From: a virus
Direction: 5' to 3' (one strand)
Virus record (IMG/VR): IMGVR_UViG_3300005805_009577
Span: 32,001-96,000 of that record
DNA: 64,000 nucleotides
The position numbers and the translations under genes are program-made. Shown in pieces: positions 17,526 to 26,309 of this stretch (positions within the stretch are counted from its first letter, which is position 1; every line of letters begins with the position of its first letter). The notes beneath the pieces were generated by a model that was given only the letters and a program-made list of their open reading frames with translations, was not told the origin of the DNA and did not search any database.

Positions 17526-18209
17526 ATGTCGATTCAAGAAGATTATATATATAAATTAATACACGGCTATCGAGACATATATGAAAACTTTGACCATACA
17601 AAATATGAAGATATTTTATATGGATGGAACAGCGATAGCAAATTTTTTTATGAAGCTATTAATGAATCAAAACCTAATTACATATTAGAAATAGGTTCTT
17701 TTTTAGGAAAATCAGCAATACATATGGGGAATTATATTAAAAATAATTCTCTAAGCACAAAAATAATATGTGTAGATACTTGGCTTGGCTCACTAGAGAT
17801 GATAGCCGATAGATTTCCGGCTGAAAGAGAAAAAATAGTAAAAAATGGGATGCCAAGATTATATGATTATTTTTTAGCTAATGTTAAAAAGCACGGATTA
17901 GAAAATATAATTATACCTTTTCCTCAAACGTCTTACAATGCTTTGAAATTTTTTATGCAACATAACATATTTTTCGACCTAATATATTTGGATGGATCAA
18001 ATTATTATGAAGAATTAAAAAAAGATATAGATCTTTCTTGGGATGTTTTAAGCAATGATGGCATTATGTTTGGCGATGATTATAGAAATTTTAGCTGGCC
18101 TCAAATTGCAGTAGCAGTAAATGAATTCGTTGCAGACAATAAGTTAGCAGATAATTTCAAAGTAAATTATGATTGTTATTGGTCCTTAAAAAAAAAACAG
18201 GTGACCTAA
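17526..18209 (+). CDS. Class I SAM-dependent methyltransferase (Methyltransf_24-like)
   Basis: ILEIGSFLGKS, CVDTW.GS, FDLIYLDG, GDDY. Confidence 0.85.
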   Translation: MSIQEDYIYKLIHGYRDIYENFDHTKYEDILYGWNSDSKFFYEAINESKPNYILEIGSFLGKSAIHMGNYIKNNSLSTKIICVDTWLGSLEMIADRFPAEREKIVKNGMPRLYDYFLANVKKHGLENIIIPFPQTSYNALKFFMQHNIFFDLIYLDGSNYYEELKKDIDLSWDVLSNDGIMFGDDYRNFSWPQIAVAVNEFVADNKLADNFKVNYDCYWSLKKKQVT

Positions 18210-18883
18210 AATACATAATCACTTCTCATCCAAAATATACAAAAGCTTTAGAGCACTTGTTAGATAGCATGTATGTTGCCAAGATAAAGCCTTCAGATAT
18301 AATAGTTATCTTGGGCGATTGCAACACAAATGGCAAACATATAAATGAAAATATTAAAATAAGGCCTGGAGTTCATTATATTCCCATTGAAAATAATTTG
18401 TATGAATATAATTTTTTTATTGGTGTAATGAAGGCAATAGAATTGGGTGTATGTAAAAGAATAGATAGTTTTTTTCTTTTGCATGATACTTGTATGGTTG
18501 GAAATAGATTTTTAGAAAAAACTTTAGAAGCTCACCAAAACATGTCGGAACAAATTTTTTGGAACAATTTTAAAGGCAACTTCAATATAGGTATATTTAA
18601 ATACGCCGCAATTAAAGAGGGATATAATTTATTTAAAAAAATGAAAACTATGAATAAGCACGTTGCAATTTTAACAGAACACAACAAGCATCATTATAGT
18701 TTAAAAAGATTTCCCGTATCCCAGAAGTTTAATCCACAAGTAAAAAATATTAGACATTTTTTCAATCAAGATGTCTATAATGAGAAAAGAAAAAGAACTG
18801 TGGCTTATATTAGATTTTTTGATTTACTGAAATTTTTTCTTTGGGTTCCAAATGGTAATTGCCATCCAAATAATATTGAATAA
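18173..18883 (+). CDS. Putative glycosyltransferase-like protein
   Basis: IITS..Y, FFLLHDTC; lies in glycan-modification cluster. Confidence 0.45.
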   Translation: MLLVLKKKTGDLKYIITSHPKYTKALEHLLDSMYVAKIKPSDIIVILGDCNTNGKHINENIKIRPGVHYIPIENNLYEYNFFIGVMKAIELGVCKRIDSFFLLHDTCMVGNRFLEKTLEAHQNMSEQIFWNNFKGNFNIGIFKYAAIKEGYNLFKKMKTMNKHVAILTEHNKHHYSLKRFPVSQKFNPQVKNIRHFFNQDVYNEKRKRTVAYIRFFDLLKFFLWVPNGNCHPNNIE

Positions 18884-18923
18884 AATCATTTTTAATAAAA
18901 CCAATTTTTTACTATAACATTTT

Positions 18924-19304
18924 ATGCTTAACTTAAAAGAATATAATAAAAACAAAGACATAAAAAAATACATTCAAAAAATGTTTGAAGCAAGACATGT
19001 TGCACATAATGTCCACTTAAAAACAAAGAGCTATAGCCAGCACGTGGCGTTAAACAGTTTTTATGAAAATTTATTAGAAATGATAGATGATTTTGTAGAA
19101 ACATATCAAGGCCAATATGGAATAGTAAGCGATATTGATTTTTCTACACAGCCTGTTGAAAATATTGTTGAGTATTTAGAAGAGTTTTGTTCTTTGACAA
19201 AATCGGCTAGAGAATCTTTAAAAGAATCTCATTTACAAAATATGTTAGACGAAATATTATCTTTAGCATATAAAACAATTTACAAATTAAAATATTTAGT
19301 TTAG
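18924..19304 (+). CDS. DUF5856-like ferritin/Dps-fold phage protein
   Basis: AH..HL.T.SYSQH.AL..FY...D.FVE.YQG.YG, L.N.LDEI. Confidence 0.75.
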   Translation: MLNLKEYNKNKDIKKYIQKMFEARHVAHNVHLKTKSYSQHVALNSFYENLLEMIDDFVETYQGQYGIVSDIDFSTQPVENIVEYLEEFCSLTKSARESLKESHLQNMLDEILSLAYKTIYKLKYLV

Positions 19305-19310
19305 TAATTT

Positions 19311-19958
19311 ATGTCTAAAAAATTTTTAAGCTCTGAGTGTAAGTATTGTAATAAATTATTTTACTTTTCTAAATTTACTAAAAATAACAATTACTGTAGT
19401 GATTTTTGTGAAGACAAGCGTGGAAAATCTATATGTAAAATTTGTTTAAAAGAATTTAAAAATAACGCCGAGAGAGTAACTTGTAGTAAAAAATGTTTAT
19501 CTAAATATATAAAATATTTTTACAAAAAATGTAATAATAAAAATTTTTTTTGGCAATTACTATCTAAAGCCCTACAATCAAATTCTAAAATTGTAAGCAA
19601 ATCTTGGGGATTAGAAATACACTTTTGTAATAACAATAATTATTGTATGAAGTATTTGGTTTATTTTAAAAATAATCAATCTTCTTTTCATTTTCATGAA
19701 ATTAAAACAGAGCTATGGTATTGTCTTTACGGAAAATTTGATTGCATTATGCAAAAGGGTGGCAACAAAAAAATATTTAAAATAACTTCTGGCGATAAGT
19801 TAGAAATAAGTCCCAAGGTAAAGCACCAATTGAGAGCATTAGACAATTCTATAATATTGGAAGTATCAACTAGAGACTATCCAGAGGATAGTATAAAGTT
19901 AGCCCCTCCTTGTTTGACTCAAGGAGGGGCTAACAAATTTACATTCTTGTCAAAGTAG
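19311..19958 (+). CDS. Zinc-finger plus cupin (mannose-6-P-isomerase-like) fusion
   Basis: Two CxxC..F..CS..C units, then K.WG.E, SSFHFH..K.E.W, H.L.A...ILEVST. Confidence 0.75.
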   Translation: MSKKFLSSECKYCNKLFYFSKFTKNNNYCSDFCEDKRGKSICKICLKEFKNNAERVTCSKKCLSKYIKYFYKKCNNKNFFWQLLSKALQSNSKIVSKSWGLEIHFCNNNNYCMKYLVYFKNNQSSFHFHEIKTELWYCLYGKFDCIMQKGGNKKIFKITSGDKLEISPKVKHQLRALDNSIILEVSTRDYPEDSIKLAPPCLTQGGANKFTFLSK

Positions 19959-20163
19959 TTATTCCTAATGCCAAACTTATCATTCCTACAATAGAAATTG
20001 GAAATGGTGTCGATAGACACCAAAAAATTCCCAATATTATTGCCACAACAGCAAAAATTGCACTCAATACATAAAAATTAAAATATAAAAAAAACAATGA
20101 AACAGGACCAGACAATAAAACCGAAATAAATATAAGACTAACCATCAAAGCTAATGAAGCCAT
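19939..20163 (-). CDS. Small membrane protein
   Basis: Almost entirely hydrophobic; GGAGG RBS. Confidence 0.7.
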   Translation of the reverse strand: MASLALMVSLIFISVLLSGPVSLFFLYFNFYVLSAIFAVVAIILGIFWCLSTPFPISIVGMISLALGITTLTRM

Positions 20164-20186
20164 CTAACCTCCTTGTAAAAGATTTA

Positions 20187-20624
20187 TTAATCCAGCCAAT
20201 CTAAAAATTCTTTTTCTTTTTTATAACCATTTGATTCTTTTAAAACACTTTCGTCTTTGTCAATTATAAAGTAGCTTGGTATAGAAGAAACTTTATATTT
20301 TTTTGCTAAATTTTTATTTTTTGATATGTCAATATGACAAATTATATATTTGTCTAACTTGCTTGATACATCTTTATTGGACAATACTATTTTTTGTTTT
20401 TTGCACCAAGAGCAATATTCTCCTCCAAAAAATACAAAAACTTTTTTATCATTTTTTTTAGCTAATTCTAAAGACTCTTCATAACTTAAGTTTTTATTAC
20501 AATTGCAAGGATTGCAATGACATTGTTCGCCATTTTTTGTGCAATTACAATCGTGCGAATAAGAGTATGAAGGCATAAAAATTACAGACAATAAAATTAA
20601 CAGTTGTAATGATTTTTTAATCAT
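20187..20624 (-). CDS. Exported thioredoxin-like protein with Cys-rich N-terminal insert
   Basis: Signal peptide after GGAGG/ATG 20624; CNC..CHCNPCNC; CSWC active site; cis-Pro SIPSY. Confidence 0.8.
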   Translation of the reverse strand: MIKKSLQLLILLSVIFMPSYSYSHDCNCTKNGEQCHCNPCNCNKNLSYEESLELAKKNDKKVFVFFGGEYCSWCKKQKIVLSNKDVSSKLDKYIICHIDISKNKNLAKKYKVSSIPSYFIIDKDESVLKESNGYKKEKEFLDWLD

Positions 20625-20718
20625 TTGAAACCTCCGTGCTTCTATAATTATATACGCATCTGAATTGATTAAAATCTTTTTAAATAGAAAAATAGACAAA
20701 AAACACTCTTATTTTTTG

Positions 20719-20724
20719 GGTACG
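20719..20724 (+). promoter_or_regulatory. GGTACG motif
   Basis: Intergenic, 11 nt before ATG 20735. Confidence 0.45.
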
Positions 20725-20734
20725 TTATCTTTTT

Positions 20735-20920
20735 ATGGGAAAAGAAAAATCTGATAAGATTCGCAAAGAAATGTTAGTGGTTGATGGAAATGAAATCAAG
20801 AGAATCTGTAGAGATGAATTGGGCGGCATAACTTTTATTGCCGAAGTTCTTCATTCAAGAATTGTATTGACTGCTTGGACTGGCGAAAACGAAAAAGTTT
20901 TAGCAACACAAGTAAAGTAA
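20735..20920 (+). CDS. Hypothetical protein
   Basis: ORF track. Confidence 0.65.
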   Translation: MGKEKSDKIRKEMLVVDGNEIKRICRDELGGITFIAEVLHSRIVLTAWTGENEKVLATQVK

Positions 20921-20925
20921 TAATT

Positions 20926-21222
20926 ATGTCTAAGAAAAAGAAAAAACATACTTTGCCCTCGGCAGAAGAACAAAAGAAAGATATGATCAAAAGATATGGT
21001 CATTCTTGTAATTGGGTTAATGTTCAAATGCATTTGACTTATAATGAAATGATGGAATACTTTGGGTCACAATGCGAAGAATTTGAACCGCTTTGTGCTA
21101 ATTGTTCTAATTGGGTAATGTGGCACAAAACAGGAAAGGCTGAGATTTCTTTTGAGCGTGAAGAAATTTTGAGCATCTTAAAAGAAAATCATAATGGTCG
21201 TATTGGAGAACAAAACAAATGA
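20926..21222 (+). CDS. Hypothetical protein (Cys-containing)
   Basis: Start moved to ATG 20926. Confidence 0.7.
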   Translation: MSKKKKKHTLPSAEEQKKDMIKRYGHSCNWVNVQMHLTYNEMMEYFGSQCEEFEPLCANCSNWVMWHKTGKAEISFEREEILSILKENHNGRIGEQNK

Positions 21223-21527
21223 GAGATTTTATTGAATTGGGATCTGCCCCTTGCAATGAAGATTGTGCACAAGTTGGCTCTGATAATTATTTTGAAGAAT
21301 CCATTGCAGAGTCTAAAAGATATATAAATCTTTTAGAAAAGAAATTCGGAAAACACAAGCCTCTTAATTGTTCTTTTAAAAGAAAAAGTTTTCCGCATGA
21401 TTTCGGAAATTACTATGAGGTGGTTGTGATATTTGATTCTTCTGATGAAGAAAGCGTTAAATTTGCTTACTATGTGGAAAACAACCTTCCAGAAAACTGG
21501 TCGGACGATTCAGAAGTTCCTTTTTAA
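21219..21527 (+). CDS. Conserved phage protein
   Basis: ELGSAP..EDCAQVG, HDFG.YYEV. Confidence 0.75.
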   Translation: MRDFIELGSAPCNEDCAQVGSDNYFEESIAESKRYINLLEKKFGKHKPLNCSFKRKSFPHDFGNYYEVVVIFDSSDEESVKFAYYVENNLPENWSDDSEVPF

Positions 21528-21544
21528 ATGATATATATAATATA

Positions 21545-21877
21545 ATGATAGACTACAACGAAGATTATTTCTATTTTGGCAAAGGAAATAATGAAAATTG
21601 GTGGGATCATGAAGTATTTCAGGAAAAAGGCTTTTTAAAGTTTAAAGATAGAGTTTATTCTTATTTTGACAATGAGTTAAGTATTGAAAAGCTTTTAGTA
21701 GAGCTTATCTGTGATGACAACGGAAACGACTTTGAGTATAATGGGGCTCCTGTAGAAAAAAGACTTGACCTTCTGATTTGCTACGGCTACAAAAAAAACG
21801 AGAATGTCCCCAACGTTGCTTCAAATGTAATGAATTGGTTAATAACTAAAAACCTCATGCAACTGACAAATGATTGA
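21545..21877 (+). CDS. Hypothetical protein
   Basis: ORF track. Confidence 0.7.
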   Translation: MIDYNEDYFYFGKGNNENWWDHEVFQEKGFLKFKDRVYSYFDNELSIEKLLVELICDDNGNDFEYNGAPVEKRLDLLICYGYKKNENVPNVASNVMNWLITKNLMQLTND

Positions 21878-22259
21878 AAAAGCTTTTCATAAAATCTGTG
21901 ATAATGCCAAACCGGCTAAATCTTTATATGTGAGCCTTTATGTAAACATTCCTTATTATGGGGGTCCAGAAGAAGGCGGTTGGTGGGGCAAAGATACAAA
22001 GTTGGTAGCATATAAAGAATACTCTAGCATAGAAAGTGCAAAAGCAGCTTTACAGGCTGTCAACAAATACTCTCAAGAGCTAAACGATCAAGCTAAAGTT
22101 GAATTTGGCGAAAAATGTAAAGCAGAGTGCGAATGGCTTGACGAAAGAGGATTAGATGGCGATTATTTGCCAGAAGTTGATGGAGAAAGTGAATACTTTG
22201 TTGTAATAGAATCAACTCCCGGCGAAGGTAATAGTCAAGGCACTAGGCATTACGAATAA
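21870..22259 (+). CDS. Conserved phage protein (YGGPEEGGWW)
   Basis: Recurrent phage motif. Confidence 0.75.
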   Translation: MIEKAFHKICDNAKPAKSLYVSLYVNIPYYGGPEEGGWWGKDTKLVAYKEYSSIESAKAALQAVNKYSQELNDQAKVEFGEKCKAECEWLDERGLDGDYLPEVDGESEYFVVIESTPGEGNSQGTRHYE

Positions 22260-22260
22260 A

Positions 22261-22638
22261 ATGTATGACTACGAATTTTATTTTATTGACGATAAAAATG
22301 AAATAGGATTGGACTTTAACAAAACTATAAAAGTTTATGTTGACATAGAATATAGATGGTATGGTTCATACCACGATAATAGTGAAGGCGAAATGTGCAT
22401 AGAGTCGATAGACATTTCTACTGTTTTAATTGAAAGTAAATCTAATAATCTTTTAGAATCTTTTAAAAATGATAAAAATTATTGGGATGAATTAAGCGAA
22501 GAAAAAAAAGAATTGGTTAAAAATTGGGTTTGGCATAAATTAGAATCGAAAGAAATAATTGAAATATTAAAAGAAGAATATTTAGATCAATCTTGTGCGG
22601 CTGCTGAAAGATATTATGAAAGGTTGTCCGAGGGATAA
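22261..22638 (+). CDS. Hypothetical acidic protein
   Basis: ORF track. Confidence 0.7.
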   Translation: MYDYEFYFIDDKNEIGLDFNKTIKVYVDIEYRWYGSYHDNSEGEMCIESIDISTVLIESKSNNLLESFKNDKNYWDELSEEKKELVKNWVWHKLESKEIIEILKEEYLDQSCAAAERYYERLSEG

Positions 22639-22653
22639 AAGGATTTTAATACT

Positions 22654-23388
22654 ATGATAGAAGTTTTTATAAACAGAGTAATTATAAATTGTTTAAAAGA
22701 AGAAGCAAAATACTTCAAATCTAATATTTTGTATAATCTTTTTAAAAGTGTTCCTAATCTTGAAAGCATTAGTTTTACTAAATCTAATGAATATGACGAT
22801 AATAACTACTATGATAGTTTTCAAGTTAACGATATTAATGGTGTTTCTATAGAAGATGAATGTTATATTAAAGATGAAAATGGCAATGTATTTAGCGACT
22901 GGCAGGAAGATGAGATTGTAGAAAAAGACAAGTTGGTGGATGAAGATTTAATACCAACTATCATGGAAATTACTGATGAATATGCACAAGCATCTGGTTA
23001 TGATTACGGGGATCACACTATATACAAAGAAAGTTTTAGTAAACACGAAGGCGTTCCAAATAAAGCTTTTATCGAATACTATAACTCTCGTCTAACAGGC
23101 AAGCCGGTTGCAGATGAATCTGTTTTTAAGGGCAAACCTGAAATCGCACTTTGTTATGCCTATGATGTTTTAAAAGGAAGACTTTCTCCTAAAATAGAAA
23201 GTTGTTTAAAGGAAGACTTTTACTTATGTTACCTCTATGCAGTAAATGTTATTAAAGGAAAACTACCTAGAGAATTAGAAAATCACTTTAGCTTAAAGAG
23301 TTTTAAAAGTCTTAATAATCGAGAAAAAAAATATTTTAAATTATATAAAGAATTTTTAGAGAACTCTAATGTTACACAAAAAGTTTGA
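22654..23388 (+). CDS. Protein with C-terminal YA..V.KGR repeats
   Basis: ALCYAYDVLKGRLSPKIE / LYAVNVIKGKLPRELEN. Confidence 0.75.
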   Translation: MIEVFINRVIINCLKEEAKYFKSNILYNLFKSVPNLESISFTKSNEYDDNNYYDSFQVNDINGVSIEDECYIKDENGNVFSDWQEDEIVEKDKLVDEDLIPTIMEITDEYAQASGYDYGDHTIYKESFSKHEGVPNKAFIEYYNSRLTGKPVADESVFKGKPEIALCYAYDVLKGRLSPKIESCLKEDFYLCYLYAVNVIKGKLPRELENHFSLKSFKSLNNREKKYFKLYKEFLENSNVTQKV

Positions 23389-23902
23389 CTTTTATATAAA
23401 TTTAAATGAGTGCTTCATAAAAGATTATGAATTAAATAAGTTTTGTGAAACATTTCCAAAATTAAATTCATTAATTTTAGAAATGAAAAGTTGTTTAAAT
23501 TCAGATTTTAAAAATTATCTTGTAGACTTAATTGTTCAAGATTATAAAGTTGGTCAAAAAACTTGCTCTGATGTTAGATATCATTTTGATGGAGATTTTA
23601 ATAGAGATAATCAATATTGCATGTGGTTGTGTGGAGAAAATAGAACAGTTTTTAGCAAAGAAATTTTTACAAAAGATTCTACTTTATTAAAAGGCTTTAC
23701 GACCGACAGAAATCATCAAAGCGAAACACTAGAGAGCTTTCTTAAAGAAAAGCCATCCTTTATAATACCAGAAAAGACTATTTTAGTTTATGACAGTTTA
23801 GTGCCGCATAAAGGAGTGATTTGCAAGAAATCAGGAAAAAGAGTTTTAGTTAGGTTGATGGGCACAAATTATATTAAGCCTAAAAATTTTATTAAAAGAT
23901 AA
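23369..23902 (+). CDS. Putative 2OG-Fe(II) dioxygenase
   Basis: HFDG (HxD), distal PHKG, RVLVRL. Confidence 0.6.
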   Translation: MLHKKFDFYINLNECFIKDYELNKFCETFPKLNSLILEMKSCLNSDFKNYLVDLIVQDYKVGQKTCSDVRYHFDGDFNRDNQYCMWLCGENRTVFSKEIFTKDSTLLKGFTTDRNHQSETLESFLKEKPSFIIPEKTILVYDSLVPHKGVICKKSGKRVLVRLMGTNYIKPKNFIKR

Positions 23903-23903
23903 A

Positions 23904-24074
23904 TTACTGGTATTTGACATCGTATATTTCAACGTAACATTTGCCACATAATTGGCCTACACATTCTACATAAAACATTCTTTTATTTATATTGGTATTT
24001 TTATTTTCGTCTGTTTTTTTGTTACAAAGTACACAAACTTCTTTGTTTTCAAATTCTTTTAATAAATTATTCAC
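23904..24074 (-). CDS. Small zinc-finger protein (56 aa)
   Basis: Read manually from GTG 24074: EVCVLC...RMFYVECVGQLCGKCY. Confidence 0.65.
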   Translation of the reverse strand: MNNLLKEFENKEVCVLCNKKTDENKNTNINKRMFYVECVGQLCGKCYVEIYDVKYQ

Positions 24075-24091
24075 AAATACATTATAGTTAA

Positions 24092-24580
24092 ATGAACAAA
24101 ATTTATGAAAAATTGATTAAAGACGGTTATTGTCATGTATCTTATAAACATCATCCTAAAAAAATTAAAGATTCTATAAAGTTTGCCCGTTTTAGACCGA
24201 TGGCCAAACAATGTTTTTCAAACTCGCAAAAATTGGTAACAAGACAGAATATTTATAATCTGTATTACGCAGAAGGAATTGTTACAGGGGGTATTATTCC
24301 TTTTGAACATGCCTGGGTTATTGATGAAAAAGAAAATCATTATGATATAACGCTTGATCCCATGCCTAAAATTTTGTGTTATAAAAAGTATGATAAAAGT
24401 GTCGTTATAGAAAACATGAGAAAAACTATGTCATACACAGGAATTAATTGGCCTTGGTTAGAAGTCATGAAAATGGCTCTGTTGATGGGCGTATCGATAG
24501 ATTGCGATGAAAAAGAAATTTATAAAAAGGTTAATGAACAATTTTCTTTTCTTAAAAAGATTAACGAGCGTATAGATTAG
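24092..24580 (+). CDS. Transglutaminase/papain-fold-like protein
   Basis: CF.NS, Y.EG, HAWV, YD.T (Cys-His-Asp candidate triad). Confidence 0.5.
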   Translation: MNKIYEKLIKDGYCHVSYKHHPKKIKDSIKFARFRPMAKQCFSNSQKLVTRQNIYNLYYAEGIVTGGIIPFEHAWVIDEKENHYDITLDPMPKILCYKKYDKSVVIENMRKTMSYTGINWPWLEVMKMALLMGVSIDCDEKEIYKKVNEQFSFLKKINERID

Positions 24581-24989
24581 AAGTGCAATTTGGACATTTT
24601 TTTGCATATTTGCTTATTTCGCTCATGCAAAACTCACAGCATTTTTTATTTTCTTTTATATTTATTACTTTGCCTAAAAGCTTAACGTATACAATATAAA
24701 GAATGATGCTTGTTACTAAAAGTTCAAAAAAACTACTAAAAAAATTTCCTAATTCTATTTTTATATTTTTGTCTAACTGAATAGCAAAGCTAGACATCAT
24801 GCTGTTGGGCTTTATAAGTATGAAGTTTATTATTGGTTTGACTAAATTATTGCTTATTGAATTAACAACGTTATTTATTGAAGCACCTAGTAGAAAAGCG
24901 ATGCTCATTTTTATTATATCGCCTCTAAAAGCAAATTTTTTATATTGATTGATTTCTTCTATAGCAATGAATTCTCGTTTATTTTTCAC
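24561..24989 (-). CDS. mscL: Large-conductance mechanosensitive channel with C-terminal zinc ribbon
   Basis: KKFAFRGDIIKMSIAFLLGASINNVVNSI..NLVKPII (TM1), LGNFFSSFFELLV..IILY (TM2), CEFC..I...KCPNCTS; likely GTG start 24989. Confidence 0.85.
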   Translation of the reverse strand: MKNKREFIAIEEINQYKKFAFRGDIIKMSIAFLLGASINNVVNSISNNLVKPIINFILIKPNSMMSSFAIQLDKNIKIELGNFFSSFFELLVTSIILYIVYVKLLGKVINIKENKKCCEFCMSEISKYAKKCPNCTSNLYAR

Positions 24990-25146
24990 AATTATATATA
25001 TAATTTTTTTAGCAAAGAATATTTTTCCAAGAACTTGAACCAAACCAGAAATTTATCGTATACTCAGTTATGAGCTTTGTTTTTTTTCGGTAAACAAAGC
25101 AGCGTCAATGCTAAAAGTTCTGGAGGTTTAACCAAGGAGATCAAAA

Positions 25147-25407
25147 ATGAAAAAGCTTGATGTCACTTACGAAAAAAATGGTAAAAAAGTTTCTGACTCG
25201 CTTTGTGCAAAAGACATAAAAAAGCTTTTAAAAGATGTTGTAAGAATACAGATATCTACTAGATATGAGTCTGTGGACATCAAAGATTCCATAGAAAATT
25301 TTCTTAAGAATTATAAGAAATATGGAATTAAAAATTTAGCTAGCAAATATAATTCGAACGAGACAGACATAAAAGACAAACTTATGTCTTTAGGAGTATC
25401 CGGCTAG
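25147..25407 (+). CDS. Hypothetical protein
   Basis: AAGGAG RBS; ORF track. Confidence 0.75.
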   Translation: MKKLDVTYEKNGKKVSDSLCAKDIKKLLKDVVRIQISTRYESVDIKDSIENFLKNYKKYGIKNLASKYNSNETDIKDKLMSLGVSG

Positions 25408-25437
25408 TATTATAAAAAAATTTAAAAGATAAAAGTG

Positions 25438-25482
25438 GTACGCTAACTCTAGGGTCACGGAGCGGCCCTAGAGTTAGCGTAC
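25438..25482. repeat. Perfect 17-bp inverted repeat with 11-nt loop
   Basis: GTACGCTAACTCTAGGG-TCACGGAGCGG-CCCTAGAGTTAGCGTAC. Confidence 0.9.
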
Positions 25483-25507
25483 TGTTACTTATACAGGAAA
25501 AAATATA

Positions 25508-25990
25508 ATGACTATTAATGATTGTAGAGTAGGAATGAGAGTTTTTTTTGGTCGAGAAACAGGCGAAAAAACGACCGGCACTGTTGTAAAGATAAATGGC
25601 AAAAAAGCCAAAGTTAGAACAGATGAATCTCGTGGAAAGTTTCCGGCTGGCTCAGTTTGGAGTGTTCCTTATTCAATGCTTGAGCCTTTAGATTGTGCGA
25701 AGGATGAAGTAAATCTTGTCCGTCAGCCGATTCAGCCAATCGAATACTCTCCGTTTCAGGATAGAGTAGAGCAGTTGGCACTTGAAGCTATTGCTTGTTG
25801 CTATAATGGCTTAAGCCCGGAAAATTTATCTTGTGATGGCGAGGCACCTATGTATTTGATAAATCAAAAAAGAGCCAAGCTAAACAAGCAGCTTAAAGGC
25901 TTGTTTGCAGTCATAGGTAGAGAAGTTGATGAAATGACTGTTTATAATTGGCTTGATCAAAAAAGAAGCAGAAGCACAGAATATGAATAA
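25508..25990 (+). CDS. Hypothetical protein with KOW/SH3-like N-terminus
   Basis: VGMRV.F...GTVVKIN.KKAKV; LSPENLSCDGE. Confidence 0.7.
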   Translation: MTINDCRVGMRVFFGRETGEKTTGTVVKINGKKAKVRTDESRGKFPAGSVWSVPYSMLEPLDCAKDEVNLVRQPIQPIEYSPFQDRVEQLALEAIACCYNGLSPENLSCDGEAPMYLINQKRAKLNKQLKGLFAVIGREVDEMTVYNWLDQKRSRSTEYE

Positions 25991-26300
25991 AAAATTAAAT
26001 GTTTTTAAAGATTTCACTCTAGGTGATGTTCTAAATAGTATAAATGGTAAGTTTTTAGTTAGCGTGTCTAAAAACAATGAAGATTACTGCTTTTGCCAAG
26101 CAGTAATAGATGAAGCTGAAGAAAATGATGTTGGGTTTTTTGATGGCAGTAATTGTGTGCGTTGTCTTTCTTCAAAAGATGTTCTTAAATTAATTGATCA
26201 TAATGTTTTTAAAGTGATAAAAACAGAGCCTGTCGATTCCGATTATAATATTGGAGTTGTTTTAACTTTTTATTCATTAAAGCCGTATAGTTTTGTTTAG
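25983..26300 (+). CDS. Hypothetical protein
   Basis: Start moved to ATG 25983. Confidence 0.65.
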   Translation: MNKKLNVFKDFTLGDVLNSINGKFLVSVSKNNEDYCFCQAVIDEAEENDVGFFDGSNCVRCLSSKDVLKLIDHNVFKVIKTEPVDSDYNIGVVLTFYSLKPYSFV

Positions 26301-26309
26301 GAGAAATAA

